Origin: Hormoscilla sp. | Lineage (GTDB): Bacteria; Cyanobacteriota; Cyanobacteriia; Cyanobacteriales; Desertifilaceae | Direction of reading: 5' to 3' | DNA: 32,412 nt | Assembly: GCA_051439505.1 (NCBI GenBank) | Contig: JBFRWI010000048.1 | Location: forward strand, 1 to 32,412 | Shown: in pieces, positions 17,499-26,249 of the stretch | Layout of the letters: every line of letters begins with the position of its first letter | How positions within the stretch are numbered: the stretch's first letter is position 1 | Notes under the pieces: model-generated | What the model was told of the DNA's origin: nothing | Databases searched by the model: none | Seen by the model: only the letters and a program-made list of their open reading frames with translations | Made by a program: the position numbers and the translations under genes

Positions 17499-18677
17499 AT
17501 GTACCAGGTCCACCAAAGCAAAAATAGGATAGCCCTGTCTCTGGCGACGCTGCATGCTGCTGCATCAGTCTTGTCTTACACGGGTATTTTCTGGACTCTC
17601 AATAGGGTCAAGGCAAGTCTAGCATGGTCTGGTAGCGTTAGAAATGCCGAAGAAATCATCCCAGATGACCGACTGGCTATCCAAACCCAAGAGTTATTCC
17701 CAGAGAATTTAACACCTGAGACTCAAGCAGAAGTTGATGAATTTGATTTCTACCGCTTGGGTTCCGGGGACGCCATTAATGTGATCGTCCCCCGCTTTCA
17801 AGACCTCAGCTTTCAAGCCCAAATTGACCTGCAAGGCAATATAACATTCCCTTTGCTGGGTAAGGTTTCCCTAGAAGGGCTGACCTTAGAAGAAGCTCAA
17901 GAGAGAATTCGTTTTGGCCTGAATCGATTTATCATTGACCCCACGGTGATCTTGACATTGGTTAATAGGCGACCCGTCCAAGTTACGATTACTGGGGAAG
18001 TCGTCAGACAGGGATTCTATCCCCTAGGTCAACCTTCCCTATCTACCGCTTTGCTGATCTCCGGTGGCACGACCCAGCAAGCAGACCTGCGAAGGGTACT
18101 GGTACGTCGGACTTTAATCGATGGTTCTGTAATTGAGAAAGAGATTGACCTGTTTAGCCCTCTGAAAAACTTCGATCCCATACCAGATCTACGCTTGGAA
18201 AATGGAGACGTGGTCATCGTGCCTCAACTGTCACCGGACGATCGCGATTACGATCGGGCATTGATCGCTACTACTAATCTAGCTGAACCACAGATCACTC
18301 TCAAGCTTTTGAGATACCCTGGTGGCATTGGGAATCTCGCCTTGCCAAACGGCAGTACCTTTGTCGATGCCTTGGCCGCGATCGGGGCCAATCCTGACAT
18401 ATCCGACATCCGCAACATTGCCTTGATCCGGTTCGATCCAGAAGAGGGTAGAACAGTTACCTACATCTTAGACGGTAAAAGCGCTCTGCTGGGTGACACA
18501 GATCAAGACCTGCTCCTGCGCAATAACGATGTCATTGCCGTAGGTCGAACCCTGATTTCTAGGATTAGTTTCGCCCTGACGACGATCACCCAACCATTCC
18601 GAGATATTCTGGGATTTCTGTTGTTCTTCAATCAATTTGATAATGTATTCAACGACGATCGGAGAAGAAGAAACTGA
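17499..18677 (+). CDS. Polysaccharide export protein, Wza/SLBB family
   Basis: YRLGSGDAI, GNITFPLLG, VTITGEVVRQG, LENGDVVIVP. Confidence 0.9.
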   Translation: MYQVHQSKNRIALSLATLHAAASVLSYTGIFWTLNRVKASLAWSGSVRNAEEIIPDDRLAIQTQELFPENLTPETQAEVDEFDFYRLGSGDAINVIVPRFQDLSFQAQIDLQGNITFPLLGKVSLEGLTLEEAQERIRFGLNRFIIDPTVILTLVNRRPVQVTITGEVVRQGFYPLGQPSLSTALLISGGTTQQADLRRVLVRRTLIDGSVIEKEIDLFSPLKNFDPIPDLRLENGDVVIVPQLSPDDRDYDRALIATTNLAEPQITLKLLRYPGGIGNLALPNGSTFVDALAAIGANPDISDIRNIALIRFDPEEGRTVTYILDGKSALLGDTDQDLLLRNNDVIAVGRTLISRISFALTTITQPFRDILGFLLFFNQFDNVFNDDRRRRN

Positions 18678-18733
18678 TCGGTATTAAAAGAGTTTAACCA
18701 AATAAAAAATGAATTACAGAGGAAAAGGGGACT

Positions 18734-20845
18734 ATGACTTCACCCATTGTTAAGCGTTATCTGATTGCCTTAAATAAATACTGGTTTTTGATTCCAGTGG
18801 GAATATTGGTAGGTGTAGCTGGGGGCTTTGTTTACGATCTGTTTTTGCAATCGACTACCCAACAAACTGAATACACGATTACAGGAGTGCTCAGGTACAC
18901 TCGTCCTCCCGTGACATTTTCTGAGATCGGTAATGTGATTCAAGATCGGGGACAGAAACTGACTCGGGAAGAACTGCTGGTTCCTAATGTGCTGGAGTCA
19001 GTGGCATCACAGGATGGAGTGAAAACCCCGGTCAAGGATATTTTGAAAGCGACAAATGTGAGACAGGATAGAAAAGATACCTCAAAGCTGAGAGTTATCT
19101 ATAAAACGACCGATGAGGAGGAAGGGGAGATAATCACGACGGCATTAATGGAGGAAATGGTAGAACGAAGTCGCCAAATCAATACAACCCTTTGGCGATT
19201 GGTGATTGACGAAATTAACAAACGCTTGCCAACAGCGCTGGGGGAAATCAGGGCTGCCGAGCAAGATTTGGAACAGTTTATCCGACGCGAACAAACGGCT
19301 CTCTTAGCGATCGAAGCTGGGCAATTGCCAGGGTCAATTCTGGGCAGTCAACAGCAGCAACGACAGATTCAACTGCAGTTAGAGGGGATTGAGGCCCAAA
19401 TGCAAAGCCTGTCCGAGCAACTGGGGCTGACACCGGAACAAGCCTATGCTTCCGCAGCCCTCAGTGCCGACCCGATTATTGCCGATCTGCGGGCCCGACT
19501 CTATCAAACTGAAACTCAAATACAGCAGTATAGTCAGGATTTGCGACCCGATCACCCCATAATGGTGCAGCTTGCTAGGGAACTGGAATCTTCTGAGCAA
19601 TTGCTAGAGCAGCGAGCAGTTGAGGTGATTGGCGGCCATGGCCAAGGAACGCCACTGGTCAGTGGGGCGATTCGCCAAGACAGCAATCTGGATCCAGCAC
19701 GGCAACAACTGGCTCAGACTCTAGTCAGTTTACAAACACAGCGGGAATCGCTGCAACGGCAATTGCAGGTGGCGATCGAGCGAGAGCAGGAACTCAGACA
19801 GCGCTATGAAACTTTGCCCAACAAGCGACTGGAACAATCAAGGTTGCAGCAACAGCTAGAGTTGAAAAAGAGTTTTTACAATGCCATGCAGGCGAAATTG
19901 ATTGATGCTCAGACCGCAGAGGCGGAGACAGTCAGCAGTTTGGGCATTGCCGAACTAGCAAGAGTGACCAACAAAGCAGAACCTAGTCCTCCCTTACCCA
20001 TGTGGCTCCTGTTGCCAGCAGGAGGTGCCGCAGGAGCCGTTCTGGGCGGCGCGTTGATTTTCCTGTTGGGATCCCTCGGTACCCTGTTGCAAACAATGGA
20101 AGATATCCGAGATTTCCTGCGGGAACGGGAGGTAGAAATGCTGGGGGTTTTGCCTTTTGTAGATCTGTACGATCCCGATATCGGCGAGCAACCAATTGTG
20201 GTGGCCGCCATTTCTCACTATCTGGAATTTTACGAGCGCTTTCGTAGTAACCTACGTCAAGCTGAAGGGAAACCGAAAATTATCTTGTTGACCAGTACGG
20301 TGAGAAATGAGGGCAAGACTGTTAGTGCTTATAATCTGGCGATCGCCTCTGCCCGTGCTGGCAAGCGCACTCTCCTGATCGAAGCCGATTTGCGATCGCC
20401 CTCTTTTGCCAAAGCCCTCAAATTAGATGAACACCCCTCCAATGCTGAAGAACCGCTACATTACTACTCTCAGATATCCGAATGTATCCGCATGGTGCCG
20501 GATGTAGAGAATCTTTACTTTGTCCGCAGTTTTGGCCCCTACTCCCATGCCGCAGCTTTGATTGAATCTGCAGAAATGCGACAGCTATTAGAAGATGCCC
20601 GGGGGCGTTTTGATTTTGTTGTCATCGATAGTTCTGCCCTCAGTATCTGTAATGATGCCCTCTTGCTGGAACCCTATACTGATGGCATTGTTCTCGTGAC
20701 CCGACCTCGTTATACTGGCTCTAGTGTCTTGGCTGAGTCGATCGATCTCCTGGCCGACTCTGAAGAATTCCGCTTTTTAGGAGCCATCATTAACGGAGAG
20801 TATATGCCTCTGCACTCTCTACCACGCATCCAGGCTCCAGCTTGA
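18734..20845 (+). CDS. Wzc/GumC-like polysaccharide co-polymerase with tyrosine-kinase domain
   Basis: Two TM segments around a coiled coil; Walker A TSTVRNEGKT, LLIEADLR, FVVIDS. Confidence 0.88.
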   Translation: MTSPIVKRYLIALNKYWFLIPVGILVGVAGGFVYDLFLQSTTQQTEYTITGVLRYTRPPVTFSEIGNVIQDRGQKLTREELLVPNVLESVASQDGVKTPVKDILKATNVRQDRKDTSKLRVIYKTTDEEEGEIITTALMEEMVERSRQINTTLWRLVIDEINKRLPTALGEIRAAEQDLEQFIRREQTALLAIEAGQLPGSILGSQQQQRQIQLQLEGIEAQMQSLSEQLGLTPEQAYASAALSADPIIADLRARLYQTETQIQQYSQDLRPDHPIMVQLARELESSEQLLEQRAVEVIGGHGQGTPLVSGAIRQDSNLDPARQQLAQTLVSLQTQRESLQRQLQVAIEREQELRQRYETLPNKRLEQSRLQQQLELKKSFYNAMQAKLIDAQTAEAETVSSLGIAELARVTNKAEPSPPLPMWLLLPAGGAAGAVLGGALIFLLGSLGTLLQTMEDIRDFLREREVEMLGVLPFVDLYDPDIGEQPIVVAAISHYLEFYERFRSNLRQAEGKPKIILLTSTVRNEGKTVSAYNLAIASARAGKRTLLIEADLRSPSFAKALKLDEHPSNAEEPLHYYSQISECIRMVPDVENLYFVRSFGPYSHAAALIESAEMRQLLEDARGRFDFVVIDSSALSICNDALLLEPYTDGIVLVTRPRYTGSSVLAESIDLLADSEEFRFLGAIINGEYMPLHSLPRIQAPA

Positions 20846-20846
20846 A

Positions 20847-20906
20847 AATTGCTAATTGCTAATTGCTAATTGCTAATTGCTAATTGCTAATTGCTAATTG
20901 CTAATT
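20847..20906. repeat. (AATTGCT)8 heptamer tandem array
   Basis: Eight perfect copies plus a partial copy, starting 2 nt after the Wzc-like stop codon. Confidence 0.95.
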
Positions 20907-21253
20907 GACTTTAGGTAAGCATTCAGCTTAGGTGATAGTTCATCAATAATTTGTTTTAGCCTGTCAATTTCTTCATCTGTCAATAGATTACGCTTATATG
21001 CACGTCTTAGCCAATGGATAGTTTCATTCAGAGAACCTCTGGCTATTTTCACAAAGCGTTTATTATCATTGTAGTTATACCGACCTTCTCCTTCTGCAAT
21101 ATTGGCACCGATACTATCTGCCGATCTGACGATTTGCTTTCCTATGGTTTCTTGAGTAAATTTGTTCCATGAGCCAACAAGATTCCAAATTTCATCCGCT
21201 AGTTCTTCGGCCAATTGATAAACTTTCAAATTCTAAAAATTAGGTTTTCCCAT
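20894..21253 (-). pseudogene. Four-helix-bundle protein (23S rRNA IVS / bAvd-like family) with an in-frame TAG at codon 7
   Basis: QIVRSADSIGANIAEG, IARGSLNET motifs; GGAGG-preceded ATG at 21253 gives MGKPNF*NLKVYQL with TAG at 21233-21235; restart at TTG 21229 is possible. Confidence 0.8.
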
Positions 21254-21290
21254 TTCCCATACCTCCATGAAAAATTAGGGCAGGTGTTGG

Positions 21291-21346
21291 CCATTAGCCA
21301 TTAACAATTAGCCATTAGCCATTAACAATTAGCCATTAGCCATTTC
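21291..21346. repeat. Heptamer array (CCATTAG/CCATTAA/CAATTAG), inverted relative to 20847-20906
   Basis: Seven units plus a partial one, with a 21-bp higher-order period; CAATTAG is the reverse complement of CTAATTG. Confidence 0.92.
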
Positions 21347-21347
21347 C

Positions 21348-22040
21348 TTATTCATCATAGTCAAATAGACCCATCAAGGGTGCTAAAAGCGCCCCGAACA
21401 CAAATCCACCTGCATGGGCCCAGTATGCTATGCCGCCCATATTAGCGGGTGCATTCAGACTGGCAAAGCTGGAAATTGCTTGGGTGACAAACCAAATACC
21501 CAGAAACACCATCGCTGGGATTCTCACGGTAGTGATAAAATATCCTAGGAACACTAATGTGAGGACTTTGGCCCGGGGAAACCTGAGAATGTAGGCTCCC
21601 ATGATACCCGCGATCGCCCCTGACGCCCCCAAGGAAGGAATATTAGAAGACTGGGAAAAGAACCACTGAGTCAATGCTGCCAACATCCCGCAGATCAGAT
21701 AGAAGATGATAAACTTGACATGACCCAGTTTATCTTCGATATTATTACCAAAAATCCAGAGAAACAACATATTCCCCAACAGGTGCATCCAACTCCCGTG
21801 CAGGAATTGGGAAGTAAATAGAGTCAGCCACTCTGGCACTGGCACCGGTTGATCGACTGCCACGCCAGTAAAGCTTGCCGATAACTCACTGGGCACCACT
21901 GCAAACAACTGGTAGAATCCTCCTAGTTCTTGCGGTGGCAAACTAACTTGATACAGAAAAATCAGGATATTCGTAGCAATCAGCCCTATGGTCAAATAGG
22001 GGGTTAATCGGGTGGGATTTTCGTCATGTATGGGAAACAT
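21348..22040 (-). CDS. Rhomboid family intramembrane serine protease
   Basis: FLHGSWMHLLGNM, GASGAI (catalytic Ser), AHAGG (catalytic His). Confidence 0.95.
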   Translation of the reverse strand: MFPIHDENPTRLTPYLTIGLIATNILIFLYQVSLPPQELGGFYQLFAVVPSELSASFTGVAVDQPVPVPEWLTLFTSQFLHGSWMHLLGNMLFLWIFGNNIEDKLGHVKFIIFYLICGMLAALTQWFFSQSSNIPSLGASGAIAGIMGAYILRFPRAKVLTLVFLGYFITTVRIPAMVFLGIWFVTQAISSFASLNAPANMGGIAYWAHAGGFVFGALLAPLMGLFDYDE

Positions 22041-22145
22041 CTTAAATTTTCAATTGTCAATTTTTGATTATTTCTTGGCAATACTCCGGACAGTTTTTCG
22101 CCATTTTATATTATTATACTTCTGGTTAGGGCAATCTAACTAATT

Positions 22146-22201
22146 GCGGCGGTGACACAGTTTGTTGACATTGCTTGCCAATCAAGCTGTGGCATCGCCG
22201 C
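22146..22201. terminator. Long imperfect hairpin downstream of psbV
   Basis: gcggcggtgacacagtttg ... caagctgtggcatcgccgc; no clear U-tract. Confidence 0.35.
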
Positions 22202-22243
22202 CGGAGTTAATGGTCTAGCTAACCGAAATTCCCGACCTTTACC

Positions 22244-22732
22244 TTAACGGGAATATTTCTTAGCTGCCCACCTGTCATTTACCTTCGGTTCTACAAGCAC
22301 AAAACCCGCCAGATCTACCAGATCGTCTTCTGTCAAGTTTCTCATCTTCGGAAAAACATTGGCACTGTTGATGCCAGGGTGCTCCTCGGAAATGTCCTTT
22401 TCTCCGTCGAAACTCATGGGGGCCTTCAGAAAATCCACTAGCCCTTGAATGTTGTCGCGCGGTGGATCTGCCAGAGATAGATTTTCCAGGTCCAGTCCGA
22501 CATTGGGATTAGTTTTACTCATTCCCTGGCCGTGACAGCTTGCACAGGCATAGCCAAACAGCTTTTTGCCTTCTTTATACTGATCGGACTTCACGACGAT
22601 CGTCTCACCCTCTTCATTGAGTAGCACAGTGCCTTTGGCTTCGTCGAGTTGGATGGCCGTGGCACTGTTGACAAACATGACAAAGGTGAATAATACAATG
22701 GCTACAGCTAGCCAGGTGGATTTTTTTAGCAT
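22244..22732 (-). CDS. psbV: Cytochrome c-550 of photosystem II
   Basis: Signal peptide, CASCH, KTNPNVGL, PPRDNI, HP distal ligand, FPKMRNLT. Confidence 0.88.
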   Translation of the reverse strand: MLKKSTWLAVAIVLFTFVMFVNSATAIQLDEAKGTVLLNEEGETIVVKSDQYKEGKKLFGYACASCHGQGMSKTNPNVGLDLENLSLADPPRDNIQGLVDFLKAPMSFDGEKDISEEHPGINSANVFPKMRNLTEDDLVDLAGFVLVEPKVNDRWAAKKYSR

Positions 22733-23105
22733 GGAACTCCCTAAATATTTTTGTTCTTTTATGGCTTGGCCAACCCCAATCCTAGCGCGTACTTACCACA
22801 GAAGCTACCCTTAAGCCCATCAACCTTACCCCAACACCCGCCGCCAACAATGGCGGTATGCCCGGGTGCAGCCGGTAGTGGGCTGAGGAAATGGCTGGCA
22901 ATCAGCAAGCTCTTGTTGTCAGCTTCTAGGGGAGGCTAGCAGGCGATTGTACCCTAAAGCTGGATCTAGGGTTGCGCTTCATATGAACATCATGCCATTG
23001 CGGTGCTCTTTTCCCAAGTATTTTCCTTGCCAGGAAGATTGGTATCTCTCTTGCGCTTCCCAGATTTCCCGGCTGGCGATCGCCTCCCACCACCAGGGCA
23101 GTCCG

Positions 23106-24068
23106 CTAGTTTATGCTGCTATTGGTTCTACTGTCGATCAATTGAGAGTTGGTTAATCCGGTGGTATGGTGATTCATTGGCAATGATTGTCCATCCTTCG
23201 CTGCTATTGACCCATGTTGATGGAGGCCGATCAGCTGGACGAGGGTTTTCTTGAGCTGGGTGCGAGGGACAATCAGATCGACAAAACCATGTGAGAGCAG
23301 ATACTCTGAGGTTTGAAAACCCTCTGGGAGCTTTTCTCGCAGGGTTTGTTCGATCACCCGGCGACCGGCAAAGCCGATGGTTGCTTTTGGTTCGGCGATA
23401 ATAATGTCTCCCAACATGGCAAAGCTGGCTGTGACTCCGCCGGTGGTTGGGTGAGTCAGCACCGGTATGTAGAGCAGTTTCGCTTCTTGATGTTTTTCTA
23501 AGGCTCCTGAGATTTTGGCCATCTGGATCAGACTCAGCATCCCTTCTTGCATTCTGGCTCCGCCGGATGCACAGATGATAATGCAAGGCAGACCCTCTCC
23601 GGTGGCCCTTTCGATCAGGCGGGTGAGTTTTTCCCCTACTACTGACCCCATACTACCCCCCATGAACCGGAAGTCCATCACCCCTAGGCCCACCGGGTAG
23701 CTTTCTAGTTCTCCCAAACCTGTCTGTACTGCGTCTGGGAGGTGGGTTTTTTCTTGGTATTCCCGCAGGCGATCGCAATATTTTTTGCGATCGCGAAACT
23801 TCAGCGGGTCATCGGGACGCAGATGCCGATCTAGGGGTTGCCAAGTCCGATCGTCTATCAGTTGACGGATGCGCTCGTCGCTATCTACTGATATGTGATG
23901 CTCGCACTGGGGACAGACCATCTGGTTTGCTTGCAGGTCTTTTGTATAGGCGATCGCATCACAGGCGGGACATTTGCTCCACAGTCCATCAGCTATCTCG
24001 CGTTCTTGTCGTTCTCGACTAATTGGCTCTGATTTTTGTTGATTTGCAAACCAATCAAATATAGACAT
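23106..24068 (-). CDS. accD: Acetyl-CoA carboxylase carboxyltransferase beta subunit
   Basis: Zinc finger WSKCPAC...[37 protein letters not shown]. Confidence 0.97.
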   Translation of the reverse strand: MSIFDWFANQQKSEPISRERQEREIADGLWSKCPACDAIAYTKDLQANQMVCPQCEHHISVDSDERIRQLIDDRTWQPLDRHLRPDDPLKFRDRKKYCDRLREYQEKTHLPDAVQTGLGELESYPVGLGVMDFRFMGGSMGSVVGEKLTRLIERATGEGLPCIIICASGGARMQEGMLSLIQMAKISGALEKHQEAKLLYIPVLTHPTTGGVTASFAMLGDIIIAEPKATIGFAGRRVIEQTLREKLPEGFQTSEYLLSHGFVDLIVPRTQLKKTLVQLIGLHQHGSIAAKDGQSLPMNHHTTGLTNSQLIDSRTNSSIN

Positions 24069-24165
24069 GAAAACTGCTATTTCCTTGTTATTAGAGATTT
24101 TATCAGTACAGTATTACTCATCCGATCGCCACCTATACACAATTGCGATCTCAAACACGATCCTC

Positions 24166-24954
24166 TCAAGTGACTGGGAAAAATAACTGTAGGTATGTAG
24201 ATATTATCGCTTCTCCCCAGAGTGCTGTTACCGCTGCTCCCAGGGCCAAGAATGGTCCAAAGGGCATGGGTTGACGCCGCTTCAGCCACCCAAGGGCGAT
24301 CGCCACTCCACCGGCAAAAGCCCCGATCGCGCAGGCGAGAAACCCTGCTAGCAGCAAATATTTCCAGCCCAACCAGGCCCCCATCATGGCTGCTAATTTA
24401 GCATCGCCGCCACCCATTGCTGCTTGGCCAAAGGCGATAGATCCCAGCAAGATAAGGGTCTCAAACAACCATAGACCCAAAACTGCCCCAAATATCCCAT
24501 TCATCAGGGGACGAACATCACCTGCACCGGTGGCTGCCTGAAATAGCAAACCTGCCACTAATCCCGACTGGGTGAGAGGATTTGGTAAGGTCATCGTATC
24601 GGTGTCGATCGCGGATAATGCCAGCAACCAGCAGAAGAATGCCCAATATCCCAGGGTTTGCCCCGATAGGCCAAAGCGCCAGTAAATTAGTAAAAATAGC
24701 ATGGCCGTTGTCGTTTCTATCAGGGGATAGCGCCGGGAAATGGGGCTTTTGCAGTTGCTACAGCGCCCCCTTAACCACAGCCAGCCGAAAATTGGTACAT
24801 TCTCATAAAACTTTAGCTGGTGGAAGCATTGGGGGCAGCGACTCGGTGGCCATAGTATCGATAACCCGGCTGGTATTCGATAAATTACCACATTCAGGAA
24901 ACTCCCGATCGCCGACCCGAGGATAAAGACAATTACAGCAGCAGGTATTTCCAT
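24166..24954 (-). CDS. pilD: Prepilin peptidase / N-methyltransferase
   Basis: GSFLNVVIYRIP, CPQC and CSNC, MGGGDAKL, PFGPFL. Confidence 0.95.
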   Translation of the reverse strand: MEIPAAVIVFILGSAIGSFLNVVIYRIPAGLSILWPPSRCPQCFHQLKFYENVPIFGWLWLRGRCSNCKSPISRRYPLIETTTAMLFLLIYWRFGLSGQTLGYWAFFCWLLALSAIDTDTMTLPNPLTQSGLVAGLLFQAATGAGDVRPLMNGIFGAVLGLWLFETLILLGSIAFGQAAMGGGDAKLAAMMGAWLGWKYLLLAGFLACAIGAFAGGVAIALGWLKRRQPMPFGPFLALGAAVTALWGEAIISTYLQLFFPVT

Positions 24955-24975
24955 AGGTTGGAGATATATTACTCT

Positions 24976-25248
24976 TCAGTCATACTGTGGTGATTCGATG
25001 TCGTCTAGGGGCACGAAGCATTCTTGGGGCAATAAGATCGGCAGGCTCTTAAATATCAACAGCGAGCGATATGTTTCGCGATTGATCACCACACCTAGGG
25101 GACGGCGTGTTTGCAAGTGAGGGATTTCTAGGTAAATATAATAAACTGCCCGAGCCGCCTGAAGCAAGACCGGGTCTCTCAACGAGGTAACTTCAATGCG
25201 GCCTGGACGATAATATGGTGATTGTACTGAAGTTTGCACCATTTGCAT
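24976..25248 (-). CDS. Conserved cyanobacterial hypothetical protein upstream of pilD
   Basis: RPLGVVIN...LIF...PILLPQECFVP pattern; GGAG-like spacing into the pilD start; exact start uncertain. Confidence 0.6.
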   Translation of the reverse strand: MQMVQTSVQSPYYRPGRIEVTSLRDPVLLQAARAVYYIYLEIPHLQTRRPLGVVINRETYRSLLIFKSLPILLPQECFVPLDDIESPQYD

Positions 25249-25337
25249 CCCCCTGGAGGTCTCTACCCGACTTTAGTCGATCCGGGAGATTCCGACAAGG
25301 GTTCTACGAGCAGGGCGAAGCTAAGGAGCGCGGACAT

Positions 25338-25355
25338 CTACTTTTGACCACACCC
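25338..25355 (+). mobile_element. Solo end of the 150-bp MITE family
   Basis: CTACTTTTGACCACACCC is identical to 8118-8135; no partner end seen. Confidence 0.6.
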
Positions 25356-25360
25356 TTCCT

Positions 25361-26249
25361 CACCTTTTGGAGACCTATTTTTACGTATAACTCGCTCTTT
25401 TTTCTCTGGAAACGCCTGTCTTGACCTTTAAATAGCATGTTATCACCTTTTGGGGACCTATTTTTACGTATAACTCGCTCTTTTTTTCCCTGGAAACGCC
25501 TGTCTTGGCTTCCAACTCGCCTTTCTTTGCCTTGTACTGACCCATCTTAACGTATAACGCGCTCTTTTTTTCTCTGGAAACGCCTGTCTTGACCTTTAAA
25601 TAGCATGTTATCACCTTTTGGGGACCTATTTTTACGTATAACTCGCTCTTTTTTTCCCTGGAAACGCCTGTCTTGACCGTTAAATAGCATGTTATCACCT
25701 TTTGGGGACCTATTTTTACGTATAACTCGCTCTTTTTTTCCCTGAAAATGTCTGTCTTGACTTCCAACTCGCCGGTCTTTACCTTTTAGGGACCGATTTT
25801 TACGTATAACTCGCTCTTTTTTTCCCTGAAAATGTCTGTCTTGACTTCCAACTCGCCTGTCTTTACCTTGTACGGACCCATCTTAACGTAGAACGCGCTC
25901 TTTTTTTCTCTGGAAACGCCTGTCTTGACCGTTAAATCGCCGGTCTTCACCTTTTGGGGACCGATTTTTACGTATAATTCGCTCTTTTTTTCCCTGGAAA
26001 CGCCTGTCTTGACTTCCAACTCGCCTTTCTTTGCCTTGTACTGACCATCTTAACGTAGAACTCGCCCTCAATAACGTCGTCCCTATTGAGAACTACGTTG
26101 CTATGGCCAGTTTGAACGTTTAACTCCAGGAGTTGAATGTCGTTAAGGTCTATTTTCACGTAAAACTCGCCCTGAATAACGTTGAAATCAGCGAGTTGAA
26201 CGTTGCCTTGGCCAGCTTGAACGTTTAACTCGCTGATTTTGTCGATATT
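25361..26249 (-). repeat. About eight 84-bp units (4 x 21-bp subunits) grading into degenerate 21-bp units
   Basis: aactcgctc-like anchor recurs at 25389, 25472, 25556, 25640, 25724, 25808, 25892, 25976, 26059; minus strand reads heptads such as KTGVSRE-KKSELYV-KIGPQKV. Confidence 0.9.

Noticed and set aside
22751..23105. Small gene or structured RNA between accD and psbV
   Set aside because: No recognisable ORF or RNA motif was found on inspection.
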